A stretch of 64,000 nt of DNA from an uncultured cyanobacterium (GCA_963793425.1 CAWCAG010000005.1:1152001-1216000), one strand, 5' to 3'. Counted from the first letter of the stretch, positions 28,155-39,757 are shown. Made by a program: numbers and translations. The notes: generated from the letters alone by a model not told the origin.

Positions 28155-28466
28155 ATGCTACACCGCAAGATTTATCAACTCTGTGCAGATGGTCATGAAG
28201 TTTGTATTTTTTTGCGGGACCAGCAACGCTGGATAGAAGGCGCTCGCATCCTCCATCTTGAAGGTGATTTAGTCACTATCCGCTACGAAATCGACGAAGA
28301 TGATGAAATTAGTTCTTGGGAAGAAATGGTGCGATTAGAGAGCATCGGTGCTATCACTCGCAAGCTAGCCTCTGTACCAAGAGGAAATGCAGATGTTCTC
28401 ATTTCTGATGAATGTCCAGAAGCTGAGCAAATCCATCCCCATTCTCCAGATTCTAATCAAGAGTAG
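28155..28466 (+). CDS. Conserved cyanobacterial hypothetical protein (DUF6679-like)
   Basis: MLHRKIYQLC..G.EV.IFLRDQQRWIE, SWEEMVRLESIG. Confidence 0.75.
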   Translation: MLHRKIYQLCADGHEVCIFLRDQQRWIEGARILHLEGDLVTIRYEIDEDDEISSWEEMVRLESIGAITRKLASVPRGNADVLISDECPEAEQIHPHSPDSNQE

Positions 28467-28490
28467 CTGCATCCCAATCGATTATCAAGG

Positions 28491-30113
28491 TTATAGCTCC
28501 TCAGATTCAAAAACAGGACAGTACCCCTCTGGGGTTACCTTGAACCCATAAAGGGGGGAAGCTTTATTCCAGCAGCGTTGCCCCCTTTGATGAAGACAGT
28601 TACCGCAGCAGTCTACCTCTGCTAAAATTCTTGCATCGTCGCTCTGGCTTAACAATTCTCGTTGAGATAAACCCCGTAGAACTAGTTCCTCCCCTTGCCA
28701 ACGAGCTTCTATTAGCCCAGTATCCCCAAAGTTATTCCAGCGAGAATCTGTGGCAATTGAACTAGGTAAGGTTATGCTTACTCCAGTTTCTAGTTCACTC
28801 AATTGTCCTTCATAATAAATCTCTGGGGGAGGGGCTGGTTGAATGAATGTTTCCCCAATCGGCAGTTCGACTAAAGTACCTGCTAGGGGAGAATGTAAAT
28901 GGTAACGGTTTTGTAATTCTTCCAAACTAGTCAAATCTGCTAAATAAGCCGGGGAACCGTGGACAAAAACAACATGTTGAGGGCGTAAGTTATGAATTAA
29001 CTGTGTAGTTCCTTGGCGATCGCTGTGTTGGGCAAGGAGATAGGTTTCTGTCCTCAAATTTTGATCAGGTTCCTCCTTAAGTAAATATTCGAGATACTCC
29101 GGTAGCAAGATTAACCAGGACTCCCTGTCAAAGTAGGGGTTATTTTGCCAATCACCACCAATATCGGTCAGGAAAAGACATGGTTTTTGCTCAAATTGAA
29201 GAATTTGTTGCCAATTATCAAGACGACGCATTCTGGGGCGAACTCGTTCATCCCAAAATAGAGGTTGATGTTTAGCAAAGTTCTGAACTGAGGCTGGAAA
29301 TTCAGGTAAAAGATTTAAGTAGCGATCGCAACCTCTAGCAACTTTTTCATCTACCCATATATCCAAATCTCGCCCTGTAAATTGGTGATGAGAGCGCAAA
29401 AGTTTGAGAATTTCTTGCCCCAAACCTAAGGGAGGAACAGGCATCAAGACACTCTTATTCTGAGCGATCGCTTGATTAATTCGTTCCATCAATTGCTTTT
29501 CCTGCTGCCTTCGACGGGGGTGTCTTGCTGTACCGTAAGTACCTTCTACGATCAGCACATCTGGAGATAAGCTACGCAAAGCGTCCACCGATAATCCCTC
29601 TACTAACTGAGAGTTAGACAGGAAAAAGTCTCCTGTATAGAGCAAAGTATAGGAACGCTGATAGCTAGTATAGGTGAGGGCAATAGCTGCCGCTCCTGGT
29701 AAATGCCCTGCCGGAAAAAGTTGAGCTACTAAATTATCACCAAATTCAATGGGAGAATACCAAGGTAAACTTTTGCAGAACTTTTTGATCTCCTGGGAAG
29801 GTAAGTCAGGCCAATTAAGGGGCAGAAGTTCTACTGTTACTCCACTCGCGTAAATTGGTATTTGAGGAAAAGCTTGGTGTAAGAGCCAGATACCTTGAGC
29901 ATGGTCTTTATGGGCATGGGTACACAAAACCATCTCTGCTGGAGGATTAATACTACGGAGGGCAGAAATGTCCTCTAAACCGCAATCAAGAAGAATGCGA
30001 TGAGGACCCATTCTAATTAAAAGACATACTCCTTCAGAACTATCTCCTGAACCATAGATAAAACAACTTAGCTGATTCTCAGCATCAGAGGATGCCTGGT
30101 AGTTTCTACTCAT
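28491..30113 (-). CDS. MBL-fold / beta-CASP-type metallo-hydrolase
   Basis: LLDCG, THAHKDH, AGHLPGAA, YTGDF, FVHG; C-terminal Cys cluster. Confidence 0.88.
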   Translation of the reverse strand: MSRNYQASSDAENQLSCFIYGSGDSSEGVCLLIRMGPHRILLDCGLEDISALRSINPPAEMVLCTHAHKDHAQGIWLLHQAFPQIPIYASGVTVELLPLNWPDLPSQEIKKFCKSLPWYSPIEFGDNLVAQLFPAGHLPGAAAIALTYTSYQRSYTLLYTGDFFLSNSQLVEGLSVDALRSLSPDVLIVEGTYGTARHPRRRQQEKQLMERINQAIAQNKSVLMPVPPLGLGQEILKLLRSHHQFTGRDLDIWVDEKVARGCDRYLNLLPEFPASVQNFAKHQPLFWDERVRPRMRRLDNWQQILQFEQKPCLFLTDIGGDWQNNPYFDRESWLILLPEYLEYLLKEEPDQNLRTETYLLAQHSDRQGTTQLIHNLRPQHVVFVHGSPAYLADLTSLEELQNRYHLHSPLAGTLVELPIGETFIQPAPPPEIYYEGQLSELETGVSITLPSSIATDSRWNNFGDTGLIEARWQGEELVLRGLSQRELLSQSDDARILAEVDCCGNCLHQRGQRCWNKASPLYGFKVTPEGYCPVFESEEL

Positions 30114-30201
30114 GCTCCCCTCCCAAAATTACTATTTCCTTAAAATCCTCCAGCCATAACATCCATAACCTTATTTTTGTTTAAGTATCATTCATAATCT
30201 T

Positions 30202-30324
30202 TCAATGAGCAGAACCATTGCCATGGTAGTTGTCTGAATCATAAAACCCATTCTTAGTAGCAAAAAAGAGGCTAGATAGGGTAAAAATAGCCGTTAAAAC
30301 TATCAAGACTAATTTGACATCCAT
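30202..30324 (-). CDS. ndhP: NDH-1L small subunit NdhP (40 aa), absent from the ORF track
   Basis: MDVKLVLIVLTAIFTLSSLFFATKNGFYDSDNYHGNGSAH*, with the characteristic NGFYD.D.YHGNGSAH tail. Confidence 0.92.
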   Translation of the reverse strand: MDVKLVLIVLTAIFTLSSLFFATKNGFYDSDNYHGNGSAH

Positions 30325-30441
30325 AACTTTCATTGACCTCTACTGACTATATACATTCATGATAAGGCAAATACTGCTTAGGCAATTTTTACAAAAGCTC
30401 ACAACCTTAAGTATTTCATAAAGTTTAGATTTACCCAAATT

Positions 30442-32364
30442 TTATTTGCCTAGGGCTGGTTCAGTAGATATTGAAGCAATCGGCACTTCTTCTACTTCAG
30501 ACAACTTCTCTAAAGCCAACCGAGAGGACTGAGTACCACCGGACAAGCGCTTTAAAAGTTTTGGCCGAGGGTCGTGTAGCAAATAAATAATTTCATCACC
30601 TGCTTGCCATTCTTCAGATGCTGTTACTACTTGAAGTTTTCGCTCTCGCTTTAATAGCAAAGGCAAAAGCTCCCCAGAGCGAATTAGAGCTTTAAAATGA
30701 GCTTGTTGAAAAGCAAACCCTTGCTCTTTAAAGACTGTTTTCCCCAGCTTAACCTGTCCGTTATTAAGATACTGATTCCAGGTTTTAATTGGTAACTGAG
30801 CAATAAAAGCTTGATTGATCTTGGTCTTTTTCGTTTTGTTTCCTGGGTTATTGGCTTCTGGATTATGAGGAAATACAGCTAAAACCCGGGGAGGTTGAAA
30901 TTCTTCAGAAGCTCTTTGGGCTAACACCATATTAACTTCACCATTACTAGTGACAGCTAAAAAAGTTCCCATAGATTCAATACCCGCTTCTTCTAGGGCA
31001 TCAGGATCTAAACCACTACTTTGAAATACCGTTAAGTTTTCTGCTTCAGCTTTTTGGCAAGCTTCTGGATCTGTATCAATCAAAACTACAGATTCACCTT
31101 GCTCTTGAAACAAACGACCGATCATACGCCCTAAAGCGTTACAACCAACGATGACTGCCCCAGTTGCTTCAGAAGAATTTATTTGTAACCAATTCGCTAC
31201 CCAGCGTGCTGATAGTCCTTGAACAAATACTGTCATAGTAATAGTTAAAAAAACCAGAGCCTTAATGGAATCTCCTCCATTGACTCCCCTTTGGGTAAGC
31301 AAAATGGCGAATAAAGAGGCTACAGAAGCAGAAACTATTCCCCTAGGGGCAACCCAAGATACAAATAACTTTTGTCGCCAATTCAAGCCACCGTTCCAGG
31401 TACACAGGTGGACGCTAATGGGTCTGACTATTAACATCAGAGAAAGAACAGTAAAGATGCTTCCCCAACCGAGGGCAAAAATACTAGCAATGGAGAGATC
31501 CGCTGCTAAGAGGATAAATAGAACTGATACTCCTAAAACGGTCAACTGACCCTTGAATCTTCTTAACAAACGTTCTTCCGGTACAGAAGAAGCTCTTAAA
31601 ACGATTCCAGCTACTACAGTAGACATCAATCCTGATTCACTACGAATAGTTTGGGAGATACCAAAAAGACCCCAAACTACGGCCAGAACAACTAAATTTT
31701 TTAATTCTTCTGATAAAAAACTAGTGCGTTTGAGGATAAAGCCCAGCCACCACCCCCCTACAGCACCAATGGCTACACCAATACCTAAGCGTAGTGCTAG
31801 ACCACTAGCCACTTGAATTGCTCCAGAGTCGCTGTTTAAAATGGTATCGAGAACGACAACGGCTAGAATTGCCCCCACTGGGTCTATGAGGACACCTTCA
31901 CCCTCTAATAGAGTCGCTACTTGCCGATCAACTTCAACGTGTTTTAGTAAAGGGCTAATCACCGTCGGACCGGTGACAACAATTAAGGAAGCGTAGAGAA
32001 AGGCGATTGACCAAGGAAATTCTCCTAGCCAGTGGGCTGCCATTCCTCCCCCTAAAAGAGTAATGAGAGTTCCCAAAGTAACTAGATTACGAAGGCTACT
32101 AGATACTTTATTTAAAGCTCGTAATTCCAGGTTGAGTCCCCCTTCAAAGAGGATGACAGCAACAGAGAGAGCCACAATTACCTCTAAACCAACTCCTAAT
32201 TCATGGGGGTGTAACACTCCTAAACCATCTGTCCCCAGCAAAATACCGAAAATCAGCAGGAAGACTATGCTAGGAACTCTGAGATATTCAGCTAAAACCT
32301 GAGCGCTAATTCCTGCAACAACAGTAATTACTATTTGTAGGGTCAGTTCAAAGGATCCTTCCAT
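30442..32364 (-). CDS. CPA1 cation:proton antiporter with TrkA-N domain
   Basis: ILFEGGL, LEGEGVLIDP, APRGIVSA, multiple TM segments; GAVIVGCNALG. Confidence 0.92.
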   Translation of the reverse strand: MEGSFELTLQIVITVVAGISAQVLAEYLRVPSIVFLLIFGILLGTDGLGVLHPHELGVGLEVIVALSVAVILFEGGLNLELRALNKVSSSLRNLVTLGTLITLLGGGMAAHWLGEFPWSIAFLYASLIVVTGPTVISPLLKHVEVDRQVATLLEGEGVLIDPVGAILAVVVLDTILNSDSGAIQVASGLALRLGIGVAIGAVGGWWLGFILKRTSFLSEELKNLVVLAVVWGLFGISQTIRSESGLMSTVVAGIVLRASSVPEERLLRRFKGQLTVLGVSVLFILLAADLSIASIFALGWGSIFTVLSLMLIVRPISVHLCTWNGGLNWRQKLFVSWVAPRGIVSASVASLFAILLTQRGVNGGDSIKALVFLTITMTVFVQGLSARWVANWLQINSSEATGAVIVGCNALGRMIGRLFQEQGESVVLIDTDPEACQKAEAENLTVFQSSGLDPDALEEAGIESMGTFLAVTSNGEVNMVLAQRASEEFQPPRVLAVFPHNPEANNPGNKTKKTKINQAFIAQLPIKTWNQYLNNGQVKLGKTVFKEQGFAFQQAHFKALIRSGELLPLLLKRERKLQVVTASEEWQAGDEIIYLLHDPRPKLLKRLSGGTQSSRLALEKLSEVEEVPIASISTEPALGK

Positions 32365-32800
32365 AGGCTTAATTATCGCAGAGTATCTCTTTGGTTTATT
32401 GCTCTCAATCTCGTAGCTCTAATGGGCTTAGAAGCAGAAAACAAATACCGATAAGACCTTAAATTTTTTTTTAAAATATGGATTAAATTTGGGAATTTGT
32501 ATTCACCCCGCGTATTCTAACATCTCACTCCTGTCAAAAGGGGCAATAGTTTACACTAATAGTAGGTAGCATTATTAAAAAAGCCTTTTTCTACAAGGTT
32601 CACAACTAAATATATTGATTTACCCACTACATAGCTCTTATACCTTTGAATATGTATATTAATAGTTGATAAATGCCATAAATATTATTTATTAATTCTC
32701 ACTTTTAGGCTCAACAATTTTATCTAGGTAAAGAGCAGTCAATATTTACTTTAGTAATGAAGTAACAGCAACAAAAGCAATCTATAAGTTTTGTGGTAGT

Positions 32801-34510
32801 ATGGAACGCCAAATTTTTGTCGGAGATCGTCCAGAAAAAAATCTACGCAGCCGTGAATATTGGGTCGAATGGCTATGGATTTTGGGTCTGTTTTTAGCTG
32901 CTTTGGTTTTGTTTGGAACTAACCTTAATAATTTGCCTTTACAAGATGGGGACGAAGGGATGATCGCCCAGGTAGCTAAAGAAATTCATTTGGCTCCCCA
33001 GGGAAGTCGGCAATGGTTATTTCCTACTCTGTGGAAGATACCTTATTTGCATAATCCTCCTCTGATTCAGAGTTTAATAGCTATTTTATACTCTTGGTTT
33101 GGTGTTGATGAATGGACGACACGCTTGCCTACAGCCTTACTAACAGCTATTTCTGTACCTTTTGTTTATAGCATCGGTAGGGAAATTTTCTCTAATCGCA
33201 TTCCAGGAATTTTTGCTGCTTTAATTTACTTAACTTTTTTGCCTGTAATCTGCTATGGTCGTTTAGCTATTTTGGAAGGGCCTTTACTATGTTTTGAAAC
33301 TCTGACAATTCTATGTATTTTGCGATCGCGGCGTGATCTGAGATGGACTTTATTAGCAGGAGTTGGTTTTGGTTTAATGTTTTTAGTCCAAAAAACAGAA
33401 GGGCTATTAATTGGAGCAATTATTCTGGTTTTTTTAGCTTGGGATACACCTAGACTATTAAGTTCTCTATACCTCTGGCTTGGTTTGCTTCTAGGAAGTA
33501 TGCCTCTGATTTTTTGGTATGTCGCTCAATCTTTACACTACGGGCTACCTTTGATTAGTAAAATAGCAATTGGTCAATATTTTCAAGCTACTTGGCAGAA
33601 TTTAGCTACTCATAACACCTACCCTTTATATCACTTAGGAGAAATACTCAAGTACTCTTGGCCATGGTTGTTTTTTTCGCTTTATGGATTGAAGCAAGCT
33701 TGGATAGATCGTACTTGGGGCTGGGCTAAGTTAGTTTTAGTTTGGACTATATTTTATTTTGTAGCAGCTTCTTTTTTCCTCAGCGCAACTCCTGGGAATA
33801 TTTTACCTATATACCCTTCCCTCGCTTTAGCTGGAGGCGCTCAGTTAGCCCAGATTTATACATTACCTAGTTTTTCTGTATATCCACGTTCTTGGACAGT
33901 TATCTTTGGCTTATTAGCTTTGTTGAGTGGATCAGCTTCTATTTATTTTGGTATTACCTATTCTGCTGACAGCTCTTTAGTAATTATTTTTGCTTCGTTA
34001 GCTCTTACTTTTGGTGTTGTCGCCATACTAATTGAGCGGCAGGATCGGCAATTTATGACAATGCTATTTTGGGGAATGTATATATCACTTTTATTGCTAG
34101 TCCTTTCTCCTCACTGGATTGGTCAGTTAAATAATATTTATCCTGTGGAGAAGCTTGCTAGGGTTATTAAGAGTTCTGTACCAACAAATCAACTCATTTA
34201 TACTTCTTCTGAGTTTAGTTCGGCTCTGAATTTTTATAGCGATCACCAAATTATTGCTCTGTCTCCATCTAAGCAGGATGAATTAAGAATCTCTTGGTTA
34301 GAAAGACACTGGAAAAAGGCACCAGAGTCTTCACCCCAAGAAATTAAACACTACTGGTTAAAACAGCATTGGAATTTAGAGCCTAAGCCTTACTTATTGC
34401 TTGATTACAAAACTTTTAAAGATTTGGCTTTATTAAATGTCAAAGAACTAGCAGATATTTCTCCTGAGTGGAAATTGCTCTCTAAAGATAGATTTAAGTT
34501 AGAAAACTAA
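32801..34510 (+). CDS. GT39/ArnT-like membrane glycosyltransferase
   Basis: LPLQDGDEG..AQVAKEI, PYLHNPPL, RLP, many TM segments. Confidence 0.85.
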   Translation: MERQIFVGDRPEKNLRSREYWVEWLWILGLFLAALVLFGTNLNNLPLQDGDEGMIAQVAKEIHLAPQGSRQWLFPTLWKIPYLHNPPLIQSLIAILYSWFGVDEWTTRLPTALLTAISVPFVYSIGREIFSNRIPGIFAALIYLTFLPVICYGRLAILEGPLLCFETLTILCILRSRRDLRWTLLAGVGFGLMFLVQKTEGLLIGAIILVFLAWDTPRLLSSLYLWLGLLLGSMPLIFWYVAQSLHYGLPLISKIAIGQYFQATWQNLATHNTYPLYHLGEILKYSWPWLFFSLYGLKQAWIDRTWGWAKLVLVWTIFYFVAASFFLSATPGNILPIYPSLALAGGAQLAQIYTLPSFSVYPRSWTVIFGLLALLSGSASIYFGITYSADSSLVIIFASLALTFGVVAILIERQDRQFMTMLFWGMYISLLLLVLSPHWIGQLNNIYPVEKLARVIKSSVPTNQLIYTSSEFSSALNFYSDHQIIALSPSKQDELRISWLERHWKKAPESSPQEIKHYWLKQHWNLEPKPYLLLDYKTFKDLALLNVKELADISPEWKLLSKDRFKLEN

Positions 34511-34541
34511 GCAAGCTTCTCTGGAGAAATATCAATAACCT

Positions 34542-34940
34542 TTAAGATTCTTCATCCATTTCTTCAGATTCATCTACTTGTTTGAGATGAATGTGTTTTC
34601 TACCTAAAGTAATTTCAAACTCATCTCCAGGTTTCAAGCCCATTTTCTTTGTGTAAGCAGAGCCAATTAGTAAATTATGATTAGACTGTACACTAATACG
34701 ATAGCTAGCAGAACGTCCTCCACGGCCATGGCCATTGGCGGTACTGTCTAATTCAATTCCCTCTGCATCAATTAGAGCATTGAGAAATTTCATCATGTTG
34801 ACACGCTCTACATCGTTTTTAGTTACTGTATAGTAACCACACTCTCTTGCTTTTTCTTCCTTACTAAGATTGCCTAGTTCTTTAACTTTCTTAATTAGGG
34901 CTTCACCTGTTAAAGGTTCGACTTTTTTCTTTTTAGCCAT
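34542..34940 (-). CDS. cyAbrB transcription factor (cyAbrB2/Sll0822 type)
   Basis: LTGEAL..KVKEL, RVNMMKFLNAL, GRGGRSASYRISVQSN. Confidence 0.9.
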   Translation of the reverse strand: MAKKKKVEPLTGEALIKKVKELGNLSKEEKARECGYYTVTKNDVERVNMMKFLNALIDAEGIELDSTANGHGRGGRSASYRISVQSNHNLLIGSAYTKKMGLKPGDEFEITLGRKHIHLKQVDESEEMDEES

Positions 34941-35202
34941 CAACTTATATATATAACTAAAGACTTAACTACTAGATAGGTTTATTGTCTAGCTCTTTGA
35001 AAAGCAAAATCAACAAAATCCTAGTCTGTTATTAAGATATAAAACTATATTACACGCAGTAAGTCAATCTGATTATAAACTATCTGTCTGATAGCAAAAA
35101 TTTGCTATTTTTATGAACTAACACTTCTAGTGTTTTGAAGTTTCAAGACAACCATCATGAATAAGCACTCTATTTCCTTTAATTATTGATGTCAAAAAAA
35201 AG

Positions 35203-35646
35203 ATGAAGCTAACTACTCGTGGACACTATAGCGTTAAAGCTTTGCTGGATCTAAGTTTGCAACCTAATTATGGCCCTACTTCAGTAAAAGAAATTGCCTC
35301 TCGCCAAAATTTACCTGCTCCCTATTTAGAAAAATTATTGATTGAAATGCGTCGTGCTGGCTTGGTTAAATCAACACGAGGCTCTCAGGGTGGCTATCAA
35401 CTTGCAGATAGTCCAGGACAGATTTCTCTAGGACAAATTTTAACAGCAGTAGGAGAAACTATTGAACCATTACCTCACCATAATCTTGAGGCAGATCGAG
35501 TAGAAGATTGGGTAACTTTCAGCATCTGGCGACAATTACATCAAAGATTAAAACAGGCCCTCTATAGCATTACTCTAGCTGAACTTTACTATGATGCTAG
35601 GAGTTGGCAAGCTGCTCTTGGAGAAGAAACCAGCTTTGTTGTCTAG
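35203..35646 (+). CDS. Rrf2 family transcriptional regulator
   Basis: MKLTTRGHYSV.ALLDL, YLEKLL, STRGSQGGYQL. Confidence 0.92.
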   Translation: MKLTTRGHYSVKALLDLSLQPNYGPTSVKEIASRQNLPAPYLEKLLIEMRRAGLVKSTRGSQGGYQLADSPGQISLGQILTAVGETIEPLPHHNLEADRVEDWVTFSIWRQLHQRLKQALYSITLAELYYDARSWQAALGEETSFVV

Positions 35647-35709
35647 ATGATAATTAAAGCTGGAAAAGCGATTAGATAATTAAAATTAAGTGTTATTTTT
35701 TTACCGATC

Positions 35710-36723
35710 TTGTCTGAGCTAATTGACGACGAATATAGACAGATTCTCGTTTTACTACTAGCTGCGACTATCGATTACTTGATTGGAGATCCAGGCTATT
35801 TACTTCACCCTGTACAAATGATGGGCTGGGTAATTGCAAATTTTCAGCAATTTATGATTAAATACTGGCGAAAACCTTGGCAACGGCGCATAGCCGGAAT
35901 TGGTTTAGGATTGGGTTTAATTGTTGGTAGTGGTTTGTTGGGCTGGTTGATAGTATTTAGCGCCACGAAAATTAATTCTTTTTTAGCTATTGTCTTAGAA
36001 ATTATTATTTTGGCAAGCTGTTTTGCTGGCCGCAGTTTACGCCAAGCAGCAGAAGAGGTTTTGCCATCTTTAGTAAAAAGAGATTTAGCAGCGGCCCGCA
36101 CAAAACTAAGCCAATATGTTGGTAGAGATACCGCCGAGCTTTCCCATTCAGAAATCTTGCGAGCTGTTTTAGAAACAGTAGCAGAAAACACTACAGATGG
36201 AGTCACGGCCCCTCTTTTTTATAGTATTTTGGGAACTTTTATACCGGGGATCGGTGCTGTCCCCCTCGCCCTTAGTTATAAAGCGGCTAGTACACTAGAT
36301 TCTATGATTGGCTACCGTCAAGAGCCTTTTACTGAGCTAGGTTGGTTTAGCGCCCAATTAGAAGATTATCTAACTTGGTTTCCCTGTCGTCTTACGGTTT
36401 TGAGTGTGGCAGTTTTAACGAATAAATATCAACAAGTTTGGTATCTTTGTCAGCGCGATGCTATTCAAGATCCTAGTCCTAACTCTGGTTGGAGTGAAAC
36501 TGCTTTTGCTGCAGCTTTGGGAGTTCAATTAGGAGGGACAAATTCCTACGGTGGAATTGTTAAAAATAAACCACTTTTAGGAGAACCTGTTGAGAAGATT
36601 ACCATAGACAAGGTCAACCAAGCTCTTGCTCTGACTCGTAATTGTTTTTTGCTTTGGTTGAGCATAGGTTTAGGTATTCATTTAGGTCTATTTCTTCTTT
36701 ACGAGCAGCCAATTTTCTTTTAA
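35710..36723 (+). CDS. cbiB: Adenosylcobinamide-phosphate synthase
   Basis: GDP..LHPV, VGRDT, AENTTDGVTAPLF, TLDSMIGY, SPNSGW. Confidence 0.93.
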   Translation: MSELIDDEYRQILVLLLAATIDYLIGDPGYLLHPVQMMGWVIANFQQFMIKYWRKPWQRRIAGIGLGLGLIVGSGLLGWLIVFSATKINSFLAIVLEIIILASCFAGRSLRQAAEEVLPSLVKRDLAAARTKLSQYVGRDTAELSHSEILRAVLETVAENTTDGVTAPLFYSILGTFIPGIGAVPLALSYKAASTLDSMIGYRQEPFTELGWFSAQLEDYLTWFPCRLTVLSVAVLTNKYQQVWYLCQRDAIQDPSPNSGWSETAFAAALGVQLGGTNSYGGIVKNKPLLGEPVEKITIDKVNQALALTRNCFLLWLSIGLGIHLGLFLLYEQPIFF

Positions 36724-36760
36724 TTTGAACAAGTAAACATTAAATTGCTGATTTGAGCTT

Positions 36761-37303
36761 ATGCCTGGTGAGGTTGTCGAAATTCTTTCAGCCCAAGAAA
36801 TGCGCCGTACTTTGACTCGCCTTGCTTGCCAAATTGTTGAAAAATCTGGCGACATTTCCCAACTAGCTTTTTTGGGTATTTATACAAGAGGAGCAATGCT
36901 AGCCAAGTTGCTCAGGCAGCAAATCGAAGTATTAGAACAAGTTCAAGTCCCTGTCGGCTCTCTGGATATTACTTTTTATCGAGACGATCTAGATGAAATT
37001 GGCATACGAACCCCTACTCAAAGTGAGATTCCTTTTGATCTGACAGGTAAAACTATAGTATTGGTAGATGATGTAATTTATAAAGGTCGTACTGCTCGTG
37101 CCGCTTTAAACGCTATTGCAGAGTACGGGCGACCAGAAACAATTTTATTCGCTGTATTGGTTGACAGAGGCCATCGTCAATTACCTATTCATCCTGATTT
37201 TACCGGTAAAAAATTACCTACAGCAAAGGATGAAAACATTAAAGTTTATCTTGAAAAAATTGATGGTCGAGATGCTGTTGAGTTGATTAGAGGGCAGGGT
37301 TAG
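36761..37303 (+). CDS. pyrR: PyrR bifunctional regulator / uracil phosphoribosyltransferase
   Basis: [33 protein letters not shown]. Confidence 0.95.
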   Translation: MPGEVVEILSAQEMRRTLTRLACQIVEKSGDISQLAFLGIYTRGAMLAKLLRQQIEVLEQVQVPVGSLDITFYRDDLDEIGIRTPTQSEIPFDLTGKTIVLVDDVIYKGRTARAALNAIAEYGRPETILFAVLVDRGHRQLPIHPDFTGKKLPTAKDENIKVYLEKIDGRDAVELIRGQG

Positions 37304-38447
37304 TTAATCGTTTCCAAGTTAGAGAAGAAGAGTCTTTTTGCCAATGCCAACGTAATAATTGAGTAGCCGAAGTTCCTATTCCTAAACCTTTCCAGCCCAT
37401 AGCTTGTCGCGGAGATTCTGTGGCTAAGGCGATCCCAACTCCTAAATCACATATTTCCCACTCTACTAAGTTTTTGACTCCTTTGAGAAGAGATAAAGTA
37501 GTTCCTGATAAAGTACCATCAGCGAGTCTGGCTGTTCCTTGTTTAACTTCTATCTGACGGCTATCCCAAGGATAAATACCGTCGGGTAAACCTATGGGGG
37601 CGAGGGCATCACTAACTAAGAAAATGCCTTGGTGATAGTTTCCTGCTTTGAGTAATAACTTCATCATCGTCGGACAAATGTGCTGTCCATCAGCGATGAA
37701 ACCACACTTAACCTGGGGATTAACTAACGCTTCCCCCAATAAACCTGGTTGACGGTGGTGTAAGCTGGGCATGGCATTAAAAGCGTGAGTTACCATGGAA
37801 GCTCCTTGGTTAAAAGCTTCTTTTGCCTGGGAAGCTGTGGCTAGGGAATGACCAAGGCTAATGGTAATTTTTAATGAGTTTAAGTAAGGAATTATTTGAC
37901 CTGTGGAATCTAATTCTGGTGCTAAGGTGATAATTTTTACTATCTGCTTGTAGTCTCCCAAAATGCTTTTAACTTTATCTAAGGTTAAAGGTAAAAGATA
38001 TTCTTGGGGATGAGCGCCTCGCTTTTCTGGGTTTAAAAAAGGCCCTTCTAAATGAACACCGAGAATTTGGGCTGTTTGGCTTGGTTGAGAAGAAATATAA
38101 GCAGAAATTGTAGCTAGCGATCGCTTAATTTTTTCTGGGGAAGTTGTGACAATAGTTGGTAAATATCCATCTACTCCCTGATTCCATAAATATTTACTTA
38201 TTTTGGCTAATAAAGGAAGATGCTTTTTTTCCAGGTCAGGAAAAGCTAAACCCAAACATCCATTGATTTGTAAATCTATTCCTCCTAAAGAAAGCCAGTC
38301 TCCTTGAAAATCTAAAGTGTTTTCCGGCTTTTGTCCCTCTTTTGCTGGCACTATGGCTGTGATTACGCCTTCTTCTACCTGAATTTGTTGTAAATTTTGA
38401 TATCCTGACAATCGGGCATTAATGATCGCAAAACTATTCGGTATCAT
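37287..38447 (-). CDS. nagA: N-acetylglucosamine-6-phosphate deacetylase
   Basis: DLQING, HLEGPFL..KRGAHP, TLAPE, THAFNAM, ADG.H. Confidence 0.95.
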   Translation of the reverse strand: MIPNSFAIINARLSGYQNLQQIQVEEGVITAIVPAKEGQKPENTLDFQGDWLSLGGIDLQINGCLGLAFPDLEKKHLPLLAKISKYLWNQGVDGYLPTIVTTSPEKIKRSLATISAYISSQPSQTAQILGVHLEGPFLNPEKRGAHPQEYLLPLTLDKVKSILGDYKQIVKIITLAPELDSTGQIIPYLNSLKITISLGHSLATASQAKEAFNQGASMVTHAFNAMPSLHHRQPGLLGEALVNPQVKCGFIADGQHICPTMMKLLLKAGNYHQGIFLVSDALAPIGLPDGIYPWDSRQIEVKQGTARLADGTLSGTTLSLLKGVKNLVEWEICDLGVGIALATESPRQAMGWKGLGIGTSATQLLRWHWQKDSSSLTWKRLTNPAL

Positions 38448-38465
38448 AACGAGAAAATTTGTTTA

Positions 38466-38993
38466 ATGGATAAAACTAAAGCATCAATCGCTATTATTAT
38501 GGGTAGCGATTCAGATTTACCTACCATGAAAGCGGCGATCGCAGTTTGTGAAGAATTTGCCATTGCCTATGAAGTAGCTATTGTTTCAGCCCATCGTACT
38601 CCTGAAAAGATGGTCAGCTATAGCCAAAATGCCCATACCAGAGGAATTAAAGTCATTATTGCCGGAGCAGGAGGAGCAGCCCATCTTCCTGGCATGGTAG
38701 CTTCTTTGACACCTCTTCCTGTGATTGGTGTACCTGTGGCAACTCGTCATCTCAATGGGGTTGATTCTTTATACTCGATTGTACAAATGCCGAGAGGCAT
38801 TCCTGTGGCAACAGTGGCTATTGGTAATGCTCAAAATGCCGGGTTGTTAGCCATACAAATCATTGCTGCTCAGCAGCCAAAGTTATTGGAAAAAGTGCAG
38901 CAATACCGCCAAAATTTACGAGATTCGGTATTGCACAAACAAGAAAAGCTCGAAGCAATGGGTTATCAAGAATATCTTGCTAGTCAAGAATAA
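38466..38993 (+). CDS. purE: N5-CAIR mutase
   Basis: [40 protein letters not shown]. Confidence 0.97.
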   Translation: MDKTKASIAIIMGSDSDLPTMKAAIAVCEEFAIAYEVAIVSAHRTPEKMVSYSQNAHTRGIKVIIAGAGGAAHLPGMVASLTPLPVIGVPVATRHLNGVDSLYSIVQMPRGIPVATVAIGNAQNAGLLAIQIIAAQQPKLLEKVQQYRQNLRDSVLHKQEKLEAMGYQEYLASQE

Positions 38994-39395
38994 TCTCAGG
39001 AAGACATTCAGCAATATTGTTCTGACAAAAGATAATAATCTCCTTAGCTAGATGACTAGTAACTCAGTAACAAATATCACGAAGCCAGCTAAATTTTCTC
39101 ATTTAAAATTCATTGAATTTATACTTTCTATCATTAATTAATTAAATTGATTAATATTTACAAAAGTGATTATTGTTACTTAACTTACATTAGTTACTGT
39201 TGCAAAATGAAAAACATAGCTTAATTTAGCATTCTTATTGCTCTGAGTAATGATGTTTTGGCTAAGAACCCCTATGTAAAAGTAGTTTCATATCTGTCCT
39301 GAAAATAGATATAAATATATGAATGTTCAAAAATTCTCACCTTAAGGATTAACCAAGTGTTTGTTGGGAAAATTTATCAGGATTTAGGTAAAACT

Positions 39396-39409
39396 GTACC
39401 TTCTGATAC
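39396..39409 (+). promoter_or_regulatory. NtcA binding site (distal) upstream of amt1
   Basis: T-GTACCTTCTGATAC-A matches GTA-N8-TAC. Confidence 0.7.
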
Positions 39410-39538
39410 AGAAAACTATGTCGAAGAAGCCGAACATTTCTAAACTTACTAGAATAACCTAGCTCTATTACTTGCTTCAACTGAAAAGAATACTTAGGTA
39501 TTCAGCTATTACTCTCTTGACTCTTTCACAAAATATCT

Positions 39539-39552
39539 GTAGTTTTCTTTAC
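39539..39552 (+). promoter_or_regulatory. NtcA binding site (proximal) upstream of amt1
   Basis: GTAGTTTTCTTTAC matches GTA-N8-TAC; TAGGGT (TAN3T) 20 nt downstream. Confidence 0.65.
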
Positions 39553-39757
39553 GTAGGACAACTTGCTGCTTTTAGGGTAGAAAAAAATTTGGTGCTTGCC
39601 TCTGCTCAGAAGCTCTAAATAGTAACTGAGCTGTAAAAGGTTTAATCTAGCTCAGCTAACTTCAAGAGAAAATGTTCCTAACCTTTCAGGAGGTAGTCTA
39701 CCCATTTCAATCAAAAAATTTGCAGTTATGCTTCACTAACTCAGGAAAGTCCAGTTC

